64,000 nt of DNA from Methanobacteriota archaeon (GTDB lineage Archaea; Methanobacteriota; Methanobacteria; Methanobacteriales; Methanobacteriaceae). Below the pieces are notes generated by a model, which was not told the DNA's origin, ran no database searches, and was given only the letters and a program-made list of their open reading frames with translations. The translations under genes and the position numbers were made by a program. Position 1 is the first letter of the stretch, and the number at the start of each line of letters is the position of its first letter. Shown here piece by piece: positions 23,692-34,232 of this stretch. The stretch is from contig CAWBCJ010000025.1 of NCBI GenBank assembly GCA_963787255.1, forward strand, positions 160,001-224,000. The letters are read 5' to 3'.

Positions 23692-24889
23692 GTGGTTAAA
23701 ATAGTTGAATTACTTGCTCCTGCACGCGATTTCGCAGCATTAAACGCTGCAATTTCAAGCGGCGCAGATTCTATTTATGTAGGTATCAAAGGATGCAATA
23801 TGAGGGCAAATGTTTCAAATTTCACTATTGAAACCCTTAAAGATGCTGTAAAACATTGCCACGAGTTTGATAAAAAGATATACGTCTGCACCAACACCAT
23901 AATGAAAAATAAGGATATAAACTATTTTAAAAAGATTCTACCGGTTATTCACTCTTACAATGTGGATGCATTAATTATTTCTGACCTTGGTGCTCTTAAA
24001 CTTGCAATAGATGAAAATATAGACGTTCATATGAGTATTCAGGCCAACATTTCTAATTTTGAGTCATTAAATTTGCTTGAAGAACTAGGAGTTAAGCGTG
24101 TCGTCCTTTCAAGAGAATTAACGCTTGTGGATATAAAAGAAATAGCAGAAAGCACTAATTTAGAGATAGAAACTTTTGTTCATGGAGCAATGTGTGTTGC
24201 TGTTTCTGGGCGATGTTTTTTAAGCTCATCTCTTTATGATAAAAGTGCAAACTGTGGAGAATGCTTGCAGCCTTGTCGAAAAAGCTGGAAATTAATATCT
24301 GAAGAAGAAGAGTTTGAACTAATCCAAAATGAAAATGAAAGCTATATTCTTAGTCCCAAAGATTCTATGTATGATAAAGCATATTCCTGAACTTATTGAA
24401 TCCGGAATTAATGTATTTAAAATAGAAGGGAGAGCCAGACCTGCAGATTACGTTACAACAGTAACTAGTGTTTACAGGGAAGCTATTGACAGTTATGAAA
24501 TCGGAAACTGGAAATTTGATCATAAATGGGCTGATGAGCTTAAAAAGGTGTTTAATAGAGGTTTTGACACAGGATTTTACTTTAAAACCCCATTTAAAAC
24601 CAGTGAATATAATGAAGCTACTTATATTAAAAAAGACATTGGTTCGGTGGTCAATTATTATAAAAACGTTTCTGCAGCTGAAATCAGGCTCTGGAATGAC
24701 CTAAAAATTGATGATGAAATTATAATACAAGGTAATAAGACTGGATCAATCATACAAAAAGTTGATTCAATGCAAATTGAGGGTGAAGAAATTAAAACAG
24801 CAGAAAAAGGTCAAAATGTTGGATTATTAGTTAAAGATAAAGTAAGGCCTAACGATGTTGTTTATAAACGAATACCACGTAAAAATTAG
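23692..24889 (+). pseudogene. U32-family (peptidase / tRNA-hydroxylation-type) protein split by a +1 frameshift, probably a sequencing error
   Basis: ELLAPA, FVHGAMCVAVSGRC, CGECLQPCR and KIEGRAR; removing one T at 24363-24364 restores [14 protein letters not shown]. Confidence 0.85.
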
Positions 24890-25211
24890 ATAAAAATATA
24901 TTAAGGAAAGAAATGACTTTGAAAAGCTAGGAAATATGATTAAAGAACGAAAGAAACGGTTTTAAAGGGCAAGTAAGAAACCTCGGAACCCTCCTGGAAG
25001 TGCAGAAGAAGTTTTATAGATAAAAAAATAGAATCCCCAAGAGAAGAAGAGTTTTAGAAAATTAATTGGTTTATAATTTAGCTTTTATACATACTCCTAA
25101 TAATTTGCTGTTAGAAAACTTCAATGTTAAAAAAAAGAGAAAGTAGGAGAAATCAAAGATTCTTAAGAATAATTCTATTAACTTAACTTAGGGTACGTTA
25201 ATAGATTTTGG

Positions 25212-25631
25212 TTATCTCCTTCTTTTGGTCTTAGAACTGTCCGTATCACTGGCTGTGTTTGTTGCAGCGTTTACTACTGTCATGTTTACATAATTTGGAT
25301 TACTTGTTACTGGAATAATAACACTAATAGATCCATATCCATTATTCATACTAGTAGTGGTAGTTTTTTCCCCAACTACTTGATTCTGACTATTATACGC
25401 TGTTAATTTCACTGTTACTTGAGAATAAGAGGTATTACTTTTGCTTTTTAAGTTCCCATTAACCAGCCATTCAGTATGTTCTTGATTATTCCATTGTCCA
25501 GTGAGATTTCCATCTACTATTATGTCATTTTGTGGGTTTACACTGTTATTGGTTGATGTGCAGCCAGATATAGCCACAATTCCGACTAAAAAAAACAATA
25601 TTCCAAATAATGATAGATATTTTCCCCCCAT
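25212..25631 (-). CDS. Putative lipoprotein (lipobox ISGC), Ig-like/FxLYD-like domain
   Basis: Signal-like hydrophobic segment, AISGC, then V.G.LK......Y..V.V....YN....VVG pattern. Confidence 0.65.
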   Translation of the reverse strand: MGGKYLSLFGILFFLVGIVAISGCTSTNNSVNPQNDIIVDGNLTGQWNNQEHTEWLVNGNLKSKSNTSYSQVTVKLTAYNSQNQVVGEKTTTTSMNNGYGSISVIIPVTSNPNYVNMTVVNAATNTASDTDSSKTKRRR

Positions 25632-25881
25632 TTAATCACCAGAACATAGTCTAATTCATATTATATAAATATATAATATGTTACTTTTTACAATAAATGT
25701 AATATATAGTAAGTAATAGCAAATAAACCTCTAAAAGAAGCCAATTTAAGATTTATTTAATGTCTTTGTGATTACTCCATAACGGAAAATAATATGAAAT
25801 ACATCTGACTAAAATATTTGAATTACAGCTGCATATGGGTGCATTGAGTAAGGCAGTATTCTTATTGTTAGTTGCATCTTC

Positions 25882-26397
25882 TTAATTAGAAATGGTTTTA
25901 TTTAAATACATTGTTCTAATTAGCTTCTTTCCTGATTCTGTTTTAAAAATATTTTCATTGATTTTTTCTATTGCCTCTTTGCTCATATTATCTTCAAATA
26001 TGTTAACTAGAAAGTCAGCTTCGACAATTATCTGAAAATCAATACCATTTATTTTTGTATATGAATGATGGTTTCCGATTATTAAGCACACTCGATTTAT
26101 GATTTCTTCTGATATTTTTAAATCCGAAAGCATTTCATATGCTATGGATGGACCTTCAACTTCTTGATATGTCCCCATAGATGAGTTGTATTTCTTCTCT
26201 GCTTCTTTAATCCCTATATCATGAAGAATTGCTGCATAAATGATGATTTCTTTAGTTTTTTTGTCAAGAGACTCATCATCACTAATTATTTGAGCAAAAT
26301 CAAAGACTTTTAGTGCGTGATTGATTCTTCTTACATCAGTTTGGAAGTAGCCAATCATTTTTTTCATTACATTAATTTTCATATTTTTATTCTCCAA
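25882..26397 (-). CDS. HD-domain protein
   Basis: RINHALKV, AILHDIG, IGNHH and EADFLVN; start may be the downstream ATG. Confidence 0.85.
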   Translation of the reverse strand: MENKNMKINVMKKMIGYFQTDVRRINHALKVFDFAQIISDDESLDKKTKEIIIYAAILHDIGIKEAEKKYNSSMGTYQEVEGPSIAYEMLSDLKISEEIINRVCLIIGNHHSYTKINGIDFQIIVEADFLVNIFEDNMSKEAIEKINENIFKTESGKKLIRTMYLNKTISN

Positions 26398-26448
26398 TTT
26401 AATTAAAATGTATTAATAACATTATATAATAAATGGGAGTGATAGAAT

Positions 26449-26967
26449 ATGGCAGATGTACTTGTTAAAATAAATCAGAAAATAAACATTGCTGCTATCT
26501 ATATAGGGTTAGTAATTTCTTTAATTGTTCCTGTAATCGGGTTATTTATATTTGGTCAGGGTCTATTAACTGGAGAATTACAGATCTCGAATGTTATATA
26601 TTACATTTTTCCGCCAATGATTTTGTTTGGAGGATTTATAACAAGTCTAATATCTTGTGAAAAATATTCAGATGGTTTAATTAACGGAGGATTCTTAGGC
26701 TTAATTTTCGTATTTAATTTAGCACTCATAATCGGAATAATAATTTTGATCTTAATGACTGTTATCAGTGCAGTAGCACCCCTCATTAACACGTTAAACT
26801 CTATTGCTAGCATTTTCTCGCAAAATCCGAGCTCATTAGGCACGATTTCATTTGATTTTGGAAGCTATTTACTAGGCATATTTTTATTGACAATATTAAT
26901 CCTTATATTAGGTGCTGTAGGTGGAGTGCTTGGGGTTTGGGTTAAAAATATAATTAATGCAATATAG
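26449..26967 (+). CDS. 4-TM membrane protein (DUF5518-like)
   Basis: Hydrophobic helices, GGFITS..DGLING and LGAVGGVLG; GGAGTGA upstream. Confidence 0.65.
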   Translation: MADVLVKINQKINIAAIYIGLVISLIVPVIGLFIFGQGLLTGELQISNVIYYIFPPMILFGGFITSLISCEKYSDGLINGGFLGLIFVFNLALIIGIIILILMTVISAVAPLINTLNSIASIFSQNPSSLGTISFDFGSYLLGIFLLTILILILGAVGGVLGVWVKNIINAI

Positions 26968-27017
26968 TGGATAAATTTTTTTTTACATATACTGTAAACC
27001 ATTAAAAAAAATAAAAG

Positions 27018-27038
27018 AAAGGGAATATCCCTTTTTTT
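27018..27038. terminator. Short bidirectional hairpin between convergent genes
   Basis: AAAGGGA-ATA-TCCCTTT with an A-tract on the left and a T-tract on the right. Confidence 0.5.
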
Positions 27039-27074
27039 CAGCTAAAGAGTTTAATCATGATTTATTTTTAAAGT

Positions 27075-27512
27075 CTAAGAAGTATATATCTGAATAACTC
27101 CTTTAGCATTGGTATTGGTAATTAAAAGTCCTTTTATATTGGTGTTATTGAAAGTGTATGTTACATTAAGTGGTTTGGTTTCATTTGCTAGGTTAATGGT
27201 TTTCTGCTCAAGTATATTTACAGTATAGTTTGCACCGGTTGCTCCAGTTACTGGAATAGTATTTAAAATTAATATAATTACGTTTGATATACTAGCATTG
27301 GGATTTAGTTTGGTTAAATCCTGTCCCACAATTTTAACTGTACTAGTTCCATTAGGTATTGTTACATTTTGAGTTCCAACAAAATCTGGACCTGTACCAT
27401 TTGTTAAATTGTATTGATATACTAATTTTTCATTGCTAGTGCAGCCAGAAGCAAAAACAACTAGCATCAAAATAGCTAAAATCCCAAAACCTACTATTAC
27501 TGATTTTTTCAA
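27075..27512 (-). CDS. Putative lipoprotein (lipobox ASGC)
   Basis: TTG at 27512 after GGAGG; MKKSVIVGFGILAILMLVVFASGC; many NxT sequons. Confidence 0.7.
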   Translation of the reverse strand: MKKSVIVGFGILAILMLVVFASGCTSNEKLVYQYNLTNGTGPDFVGTQNVTIPNGTSTVKIVGQDLTKLNPNASISNVIILILNTIPVTGATGANYTVNILEQKTINLANETKPLNVTYTFNNTNIKGLLITNTNAKGVIQIYTS

Positions 27513-28270
27513 ATTATATTCCTCCAATAAATGTTTACTAACTAATATAGCTATATGAATATACGAAAGTAAATAATTATTCATTTTAAATGCACGATTA
27601 AGAATATATTAGATGATATACTACAAATTAAAAGAAAAATAATTAGCAAAGGAGCATTATGGTGCTCTGATTACTCTGTTAGATTGGATAATATGTTAGA
27701 ATATGTGAGTATAATTAATGGAAATCCGTATAAATTAAGTTTTGTTGATGGGTATTCACCAAAAAGAATGGGGAAGATAATTAATTAGAAAATAATACAA
27801 TTATATGTTTTAAGATATTAAAAATAGGGTTTAAAGCATACCTCACACACATATGACCATAATATTTCTGTATCAACAATAAAAGAACCATTTATGCATT
27901 AAATTACGTATTAAAGTTAAACTACTGCGTTATATCACGGCTGTAACCAAATACATTAAGTAATTATATTTGACGGATTGAATCCACTTAAAAATAAGGT
28001 TCCCTATTAAATCAAATGTGATTGAAGTGGATATTGTTAAGTCGAGGGTTAGACTGCGCATTAAAGAGTCTAAAATGAAATATAAGAATAAAATAGACAG
28101 GAATTATAAAAATTGTGTTTCTTCAAAAATCAACTCTTGATGTAAGTCTCTTTTGTATATTCTTTGATGTCTCGAGCTTCGAGGAAATCTATAAGAGTAT
28201 GGTCATCCTTAATGTTTATATACATTTATATATTTTTTTCTAGTATAAAAGAGTAAATCATGGAGGGATT

Positions 28271-28759
28271 ATGGTTATGATAACTGTTAAAGAGGCAATG
28301 CAAAAAGATGTTATAAAATTTAAAGATGTAGACACAATAAGCTATGTTGCTAATACTTTAAGGGAAAAGAAGATAAGTGGAGCTCCAATAGTTGAGGATA
28401 ATAATAAAATTATTGGTATTGTAAGTGAAGGGGACATAATGAGACTTATTGAGGTTCATACTCCTAATATTAATCTGATTTTACCTGCACCTCTTGATTT
28501 AATTGAATTACCTGTTAGGATGCGCCTTGAACTTGATGAACTAGCAGAAGGTGTTGCTAAAGCTTCTGCTGTTCTTGTTGGAGAAATAATGACAAAAGAT
28601 GTCTTGAAGGCTAAAGAAGACATGTCAATTTCCGATGCTGCAAAGATTATGGATAAACATGACATAAACAGACTTCCAGTTGCAGATGAAGAAGATAAAT
28701 TAATTGGAATTGTAACAAGGGGAGATATTATAGGTGCTCTGGTGAAGAGGGATGAGTAA
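28271..28759 (+). CDS. CBS-pair protein
   Basis: ISGAPIV..GIVSEGD and INRLPV..GIVTRGD. Confidence 0.9.
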   Translation: MVMITVKEAMQKDVIKFKDVDTISYVANTLREKKISGAPIVEDNNKIIGIVSEGDIMRLIEVHTPNINLILPAPLDLIELPVRMRLELDELAEGVAKASAVLVGEIMTKDVLKAKEDMSISDAAKIMDKHDINRLPVADEEDKLIGIVTRGDIIGALVKRDE

Positions 28760-29549
28760 AACCAAACGAATAGCTATATATGGTAAAGGGGGAATTGGAA
28801 AATCTACAATCGTTTCCAACATTGCTGCGGCATACTCTGAAGATTATAATGTCCTTGTAATTGGCTGCGATCCAAAAGCGGATACAACACGGACCCTTGT
28901 GGGGAAACGAATACCTACAATATTGGATATTGTAAAAGAGAAAAAGGATGCATCTTGTGTAGATATTGTTTATACTGGATTTGGTGAAGTGCAGTGTGTA
29001 GAAAGCGGAGGTCCGGAACCTGGTGTTGGTTGTGCTGGAAGGGGTGTTATCGTTGCGATGAAACTTCTGGACAAGCTGGGGGTTTTTTCTGAAGATGTGG
29101 ATATTATTATTTATGATGTCCTTGGAGATGTGGTCTGTGGAGGATTTGCTGTTCCTTTAAGGGAGGATTTTGCAGATGAAGTTTATATTGTGACTTCTGG
29201 AGAATATATGGCTTTATATGCGGCTAATAATATATGTAGGGGTATTAAAAAGCTTAAAAGTAATCTGGGTGGAATTATCTGTAACTGTAGGGGAATTGAA
29301 AATGAGATTCAAATTGTAACTGAATTTGCAGAAAGAGTTGGAAGCAAGGTTATTGGGGTTATACCTCGAAGTGAAATGGTTCAAAAAAGTGAAATTGATG
29401 CAAAAACTGTGGTAGAAAAATTTGGGGAATCAGAACAGGCAAATTTATATAGAAAACTTTCAGGAGCTGTGTATTCTAATAAAGATTTTGTTATTCCTGA
29501 GCCAATGGATATAGAAGATTTTGACATGTTTTTTAGAAAATTTCAATAA
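28752..29549 (+). CDS. cfbC: Ni-sirohydrochlorin a,c-diamide reductive cyclase, NifH-like reductase subunit (coenzyme F430 biosynthesis)
   Basis: YGKGGIGKST, GCDPKADTT, GPEPGVGCAGRG and DVLGDVVCGGF; no nifDK or nifI nearby; methanogen context. Confidence 0.85.
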   Translation: MSKTKRIAIYGKGGIGKSTIVSNIAAAYSEDYNVLVIGCDPKADTTRTLVGKRIPTILDIVKEKKDASCVDIVYTGFGEVQCVESGGPEPGVGCAGRGVIVAMKLLDKLGVFSEDVDIIIYDVLGDVVCGGFAVPLREDFADEVYIVTSGEYMALYAANNICRGIKKLKSNLGGIICNCRGIENEIQIVTEFAERVGSKVIGVIPRSEMVQKSEIDAKTVVEKFGESEQANLYRKLSGAVYSNKDFVIPEPMDIEDFDMFFRKFQ

Positions 29550-29558
29550 ATAAATTTA

Positions 29559-30059
29559 TTATTTTATTGTTGTTACAATAGTATCTACAGCTCTATCTAT
29601 TTCTTTTCTTGATGAAATTAGTTTTTTGGAATTCCAACCAGGGAAAGCCCAACTTATCAAGCAATAACATTTATTATTTTTTTGGAGGAAATATTCATCT
29701 TGAATATCACCATTATTGTTATTCATGGTCTTTATAACTTTAATGTCTATTCCATTTGTTGTTCGTGTTTCCTTTTTTACGTTATAGGTGCCTGTATCGG
29801 TAGTTAATGCTTTATTGTATTCAGAATCTAATTTTTCTTTGTTTTTTAATTCTATTACTCTAATTCGTGGATCTCCTTTCATCCAGATTACAGTACCCTC
29901 TCCGGGCATTGGGTGAACTTCCCATCCTTCAGGCATCTGAAAATTAACATAATCACTACCATATACTTTAGAATCCTTTTTTGACTCTGTATTACTTGTA
30001 CAACCAAAAATGGTTGCTGTTACTAGAACGATTGTCAAAATTATAATTTCATTTTTCAT
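29559..30059 (-). CDS. Putative lipoprotein (PsbP-like)
   Basis: IFGC lipobox-like motif, F.MPEGW, C-terminal DTIVTTIK. Confidence 0.6.
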   Translation of the reverse strand: MKNEIIILTIVLVTATIFGCTSNTESKKDSKVYGSDYVNFQMPEGWEVHPMPGEGTVIWMKGDPRIRVIELKNKEKLDSEYNKALTTDTGTYNVKKETRTTNGIDIKVIKTMNNNNGDIQDEYFLQKNNKCYCLISWAFPGWNSKKLISSRKEIDRAVDTIVTTIK

Positions 30060-30234
30060 TTAAACCTAAATCATACTATGTTAATACAATTATATAATAA
30101 TTACTTATTAATTAATTATAAAAATAACGTTGATTAGTACCTTTAATAAAACCAAAAGGTATTTAAATTGATGATAATAGCGTATTAATAGAATTTAATG
30201 AAAAAAAAGATAAACATCATGGACAATTTTTAAA

Positions 30235-30657
30235 TTAACCTATAAATTTCTCAATGTTCAATGCAAATTTATTAAAAGCGTTTAAAACCCATTTTTCAGT
30301 ATCATCATAATTATCAAAATAGAAAAGATGTGAATCACATTTACAATCTGAACAGCCGAATTTAATAACTGGAGATCCTTTAATAGAAACTTCCCCCGCA
30401 ACATTACATTCCCATTTTTCAGGACTTCTTTCAAGCACAACTTCTTTTATAGACGCATTTGGAGAAGCTAAAAAATAATCAACATGCCAAAATATTTTTT
30501 TTTCGATTTTTAGATGCCTTTTGATCCTTGCATCAATTGAATTAAGTGCAGAGCCTGTATATACATAATAACCCTTTTTAAAATCTAATTCTCCAATTTT
30601 ACCTACAGAAATCCTTGAATCATTGTTTAATCTAATTATCAGACAGTAAGTAGCCAT
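30235..30657 (-). CDS. GIY-YIG nuclease family protein (DUF123)
   Basis: GYYVYTGSA, RIKRH, WHVDY and FGCSDCKCDSHL. Confidence 0.85.
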   Translation of the reverse strand: MATYCLIIRLNNDSRISVGKIGELDFKKGYYVYTGSALNSIDARIKRHLKIEKKIFWHVDYFLASPNASIKEVVLERSPEKWECNVAGEVSIKGSPVIKFGCSDCKCDSHLFYFDNYDDTEKWVLNAFNKFALNIEKFIG

Positions 30658-30877
30658 ATACTATAATAATTGCCTTTACTTAATATACTTTTAAAAATGA
30701 AAAAGCCGTATATTATAATTCATATTCATTTTAGAGAAAAATTAAAGGATTAATTTTTAAATAGTATGTTTTTATTTAACAAAATTTTAAAGGGAGTAAC
30801 AAATTTAAATAAATGATAGTTATAATATTTGTTTAGATTAAACAATTATAAAAATTCAAATATATGAGAGGATTAAA

Positions 30878-31762
30878 ATGAAAGGTATAATACTTGCAGG
30901 TGGGTCGGGTACACGACTTTATCCAATTACTAAAGCTGTTTCCAAACAGTTACTTCCTATTTATGATAAACCAATGATATATTATCCATTATCAGTTCTT
31001 ATGCTAGCAGGAATCCGGGAAATACTTATTATTTCCACTCCCCGAGACTTACCACTCTATAAAGAATTGCTTGGAGATGGCAGTGACTTAGGACTATCCT
31101 TTTCTTATGTCGAACAAGATAAGCCTAGAGGATTGGCAGATGCTTTTATTGTAGGAGAAGAATTTATTGGTGATGATGATGTAGCATTGGTGCTGGGAGA
31201 TAACATATTCCATGGTCATAGATTTAGTGAGATATTAAAAAGGGCTGCATCAGTAAAAGAAGGTGCCGTTATTTTTGGATATTATGTTAAAGATCCAAAA
31301 GCATTTGGGGTAGTTGAGTTTGATGATGAAGGTAATGTGCTTTCTCTTGAAGAAAAACCAGAGAATCCAAAATCAAATTATGTTATTCCCGGACTTTATT
31401 TCTATAATAATGAGGTAATTGAAATAGCTAAAAATGTAAAACCCTCAGATCGAGGAGAAATTGAAATCACCTCTGTAAATGAGGCTTATTTAAAGAAAAA
31501 GCAGCTAAAAGTTGAATTATTAGGCCGGGGGATGGCATGGTTAGATACAGGGACGCATATCGGGCTTTTAGAAGCCAGTAATTTTGTGGAAGCTATACAG
31601 AAAAGACAGGGATTTTATATAGCATGTTTAGAGGAAATTGCCTTTAATAATGGGTGGATAAATGAAGATAAAGTTTTAAAATTAGCTAAAAGTTTAGAAA
31701 AAACTGAATATAGCAAATATCTTATTGATTTGATTAATAATGACCATATAAATCAAATATAA
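30878..31762 (+). CDS. rfbA: Glucose-1-phosphate thymidylyltransferase
   Basis: [38 protein letters not shown]. Confidence 0.97.
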   Translation: MKGIILAGGSGTRLYPITKAVSKQLLPIYDKPMIYYPLSVLMLAGIREILIISTPRDLPLYKELLGDGSDLGLSFSYVEQDKPRGLADAFIVGEEFIGDDDVALVLGDNIFHGHRFSEILKRAASVKEGAVIFGYYVKDPKAFGVVEFDDEGNVLSLEEKPENPKSNYVIPGLYFYNNEVIEIAKNVKPSDRGEIEITSVNEAYLKKKQLKVELLGRGMAWLDTGTHIGLLEASNFVEAIQKRQGFYIACLEEIAFNNGWINEDKVLKLAKSLEKTEYSKYLIDLINNDHINQI

Positions 31763-31784
31763 AAGTTGAAGGAGAATTTTTTTT

Positions 31785-32333
31785 ATGGGCAAATTTGAGT
31801 TTATAAAAACATCCATTGAAGGTGTTTATGTTATTGAACCTACTGTATTTGGTGATGAACGTGGTTATTTTATGGAAACATACCACGCTGGTGAATTTAA
31901 AGAAGAAGGGCTTGATGTTCTATTTGTTCAGGATAATCAATCTAAATCGAGAAAAGGGGTTCTTAGGGGGCTTCATTTCCAATATAACAAGCCTCAGGGT
32001 AAATTGGTCAGGGTTATTAAAGGAAAAGTCTTTGATGTAGCTGTTGATTTAAGAAAAGATTCACCTACTTATGGTCAATGGGAAGGAGTAATATTATCTG
32101 AAAAGAATAAAAAGCAGTTTTATGTACCTGAAGGATTTGCACACGGCTTTTTAGTATTATCAGATAAGGCTGAATTTACTTATAAATGCACAGACTTTTA
32201 TGATGCTGAAGATGAAGGTGGAATTCTTTGGAACGACCCAGACATAGGTATTGAATGGCCTATAGATGAAGTTGTTTTATCAGATAAGGATAAACAGTGG
32301 AAAACATTGAAAGAAACAACCACGAATTTTTAG
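31785..32333 (+). CDS. rfbC: dTDP-4-dehydrorhamnose 3,5-epimerase
   Basis: DERGYF, FVQDN, GVLRGLHFQ and PEGFAHGF. Confidence 0.97.
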   Translation: MGKFEFIKTSIEGVYVIEPTVFGDERGYFMETYHAGEFKEEGLDVLFVQDNQSKSRKGVLRGLHFQYNKPQGKLVRVIKGKVFDVAVDLRKDSPTYGQWEGVILSEKNKKQFYVPEGFAHGFLVLSDKAEFTYKCTDFYDAEDEGGILWNDPDIGIEWPIDEVVLSDKDKQWKTLKETTTNF

Positions 32334-32384
32334 ATATTAATAATGCTTCTATGATTTAAATTTTATTAGAGGGAGAATATTATT

Positions 32385-33392
32385 ATGGAAAAGATATTAG
32401 TTACGGGAGGGGCAGGATTTATAGGAAGCAATTTTGTAAGATATATGCTAGATAAATACAGAAATTATGAAATTGTAAATTTAGATGCCCTCACTTACTG
32501 CGGAAATCTTGAAAATTTAAGTGGAATTGAGGATAATCCTAATTATACTTTTGTTAAAGGAGATATAACTGATAAAGAATTAGTTTACAAAATTGCAGCG
32601 GATATAGATTATATTGTAAATTTTGCTGCTGAATCTCATGTAGATCGTAGTATTGAGGATCCAGAGATTTTTATTAAGTCAAATATTTTGGGAACACAGG
32701 TTCTTTTAGATGCAGCTAAAGAATATGATATTAAAAAATATTTACAGGTTTCTACTGACGAAGTTTACGGTTCATTAGGTAAGACTGGCTATTTTAGGGA
32801 AGATACTCCTTTAGCTCCTAATAGTCCTTATTCTGCAAGTAAAGCTGGGGCTGATTTAATGGTTAGGGCATATAATAAAACATTTGATTTGCCGGTAAAT
32901 ATTACCCGATGTTCCAATAATTACGGTCCCTATCAATTTCCAGAAAAGCTAATTCCTTTAATGATATCCAATGCTCTTGAAAATGAGCCGCTTCCAGTAT
33001 ATGGTGATGGAATGAACATAAGGGACTGGCTGCATGTATACGATCATTGTACGGCCATAGATCTAGTGCTTCATAAAGGAACGGTAGAAGAAGTTTACAA
33101 TATTGGTGGAAATAACGAGAAAGCCAATATAGAAATTGTAAAATTAATTCTTGAAAACCTAGGAAAGAGCGAATCTCTAATTAAATATGTTAAAGATAGG
33201 CTTGGTCATGATAGGCGATATGCTATAGATTCCACAAAAATACAGGAAGAATTGGGATGGAAACCAAAATACACCTTTGAAACAGGTATAACTGAAACAA
33301 TAACCTGGTATTTAAATAATAAAGAATGGTGGAAGAGAATAAAAAGTGGAATATACGTGGAATATTATGAGAAGATGTATTTAAATAGATGA
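32385..33392 (+). CDS. rfbB: dTDP-glucose 4,6-dehydratase
   Basis: TGGAGFIGS, AAESHVDRSI, STDEVYG, YSASK and GHDRRY. Confidence 0.97.
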   Translation: MEKILVTGGAGFIGSNFVRYMLDKYRNYEIVNLDALTYCGNLENLSGIEDNPNYTFVKGDITDKELVYKIAADIDYIVNFAAESHVDRSIEDPEIFIKSNILGTQVLLDAAKEYDIKKYLQVSTDEVYGSLGKTGYFREDTPLAPNSPYSASKAGADLMVRAYNKTFDLPVNITRCSNNYGPYQFPEKLIPLMISNALENEPLPVYGDGMNIRDWLHVYDHCTAIDLVLHKGTVEEVYNIGGNNEKANIEIVKLILENLGKSESLIKYVKDRLGHDRRYAIDSTKIQEELGWKPKYTFETGITETITWYLNNKEWWKRIKSGIYVEYYEKMYLNR

Positions 33393-33465
33393 TTTTATTT
33401 TTACAGCCTATCATTTTAATTAAAAGAATCTAAAAGAATGTTTAAAAAACTGCTTTTAACATAAT

Positions 33466-33858
33466 TCAGGTTTTTAGATTATTAATATATTCTTTAACCT
33501 CTTTAATTTGTTGAAGATAGTCGTCTATTATGTAAATAATCTTTCTGTAATGTTCCAGTTTCTTTTGTCGTTTTTTATCTAAAGATTTTCTTCGGGATGC
33601 TATTTTTGTTTTTTTAAGACCGAGGAAAGAAGATTGATTCTGGTTGGAATCTAAATATTTCAGTGTAATTGCCCTCATATCTCCAGAAATGCAATGCGTG
33701 ATTTCAAGTAAAGCTTCCTCTAATTGTTCAAGATTTACCAAAGTTAACCTTGCCTCAAAAATAGAGGATGTTTTTAATTCAAAACTCTCTATATCTAATT
33801 TATTTATCTTATTTTGATAATCTTTTGGTTTTAATATTTTATTTTCACTTGAGGGCAT
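33466..33858 (-). CDS. Hypothetical helical protein
   Basis: 130-aa ORF filling the intergenic space; no motif recognised. Confidence 0.55.
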   Translation of the reverse strand: MPSSENKILKPKDYQNKINKLDIESFELKTSSIFEARLTLVNLEQLEEALLEITHCISGDMRAITLKYLDSNQNQSSFLGLKKTKIASRRKSLDKKRQKKLEHYRKIIYIIDDYLQQIKEVKEYINNLKT

Positions 33859-34044
33859 GATTTGTTATTATAAAATAACTAATATAAATCTATAGTGCTT
33901 TTATTAAGTTTTGAATATCTGAATAATATTTAGAAGCGATTAAAATTAAATGTCTGGGTGGTATAAACTCTTATTTTCTGTTTAAAAAGCCTATTTTTAA
34001 TTAAAAAAAATAGTTAGTTTATTAATATTTAAAAACAAAAAAAA

Positions 34045-34198
34045 TGGAGATGGATCATGGGTTCCATTGAAATACTCCTTTGCAGTGCTCCTGACCATAA
34101 TATCAGTCAAAAAATATCTGGAAAACTTTGATGAAACCCACCAGGTCGATGTTGATCATGAAGATGGTGATTCTAAAAAATTAAAAGAAATAAATTAA
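34045..34198 (+). pseudogene. C-terminal remnant of an AI-2E-family transporter
   Basis: WRWIMGSIEILL, then after a one-base shift at about 34080, AVLLTIISVKKYLENFDETH; resembles the family ending WGW.LGP.G.LLAVPLT...K..LE..DET; no upstream gene body. Confidence 0.5.
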
Positions 34199-34232
34199 CT
34201 AATTTAAGGGAGTATAATTAAAAATTTAAATT

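Noticed and set aside
24329-24390. Programmed ribosomal frameshift in the U32 gene
   Set aside because: No slippery heptamer or stimulatory structure at the junction; same one-base-insertion signature as three other genes
27990-28140. Fragment IRFPIKSNVIEVDIVKSRVRLRIKE resembling a DUF1801 C-terminus
   Set aside because: Similarity is too short to support a family call; mentioned only as debris
28752-29549. nifH, implying nitrogen fixation
   Set aside because: No nifI, nifD or nifK adjacent; a stand-alone short NifH-like protein in a methanogen fits CfbC better
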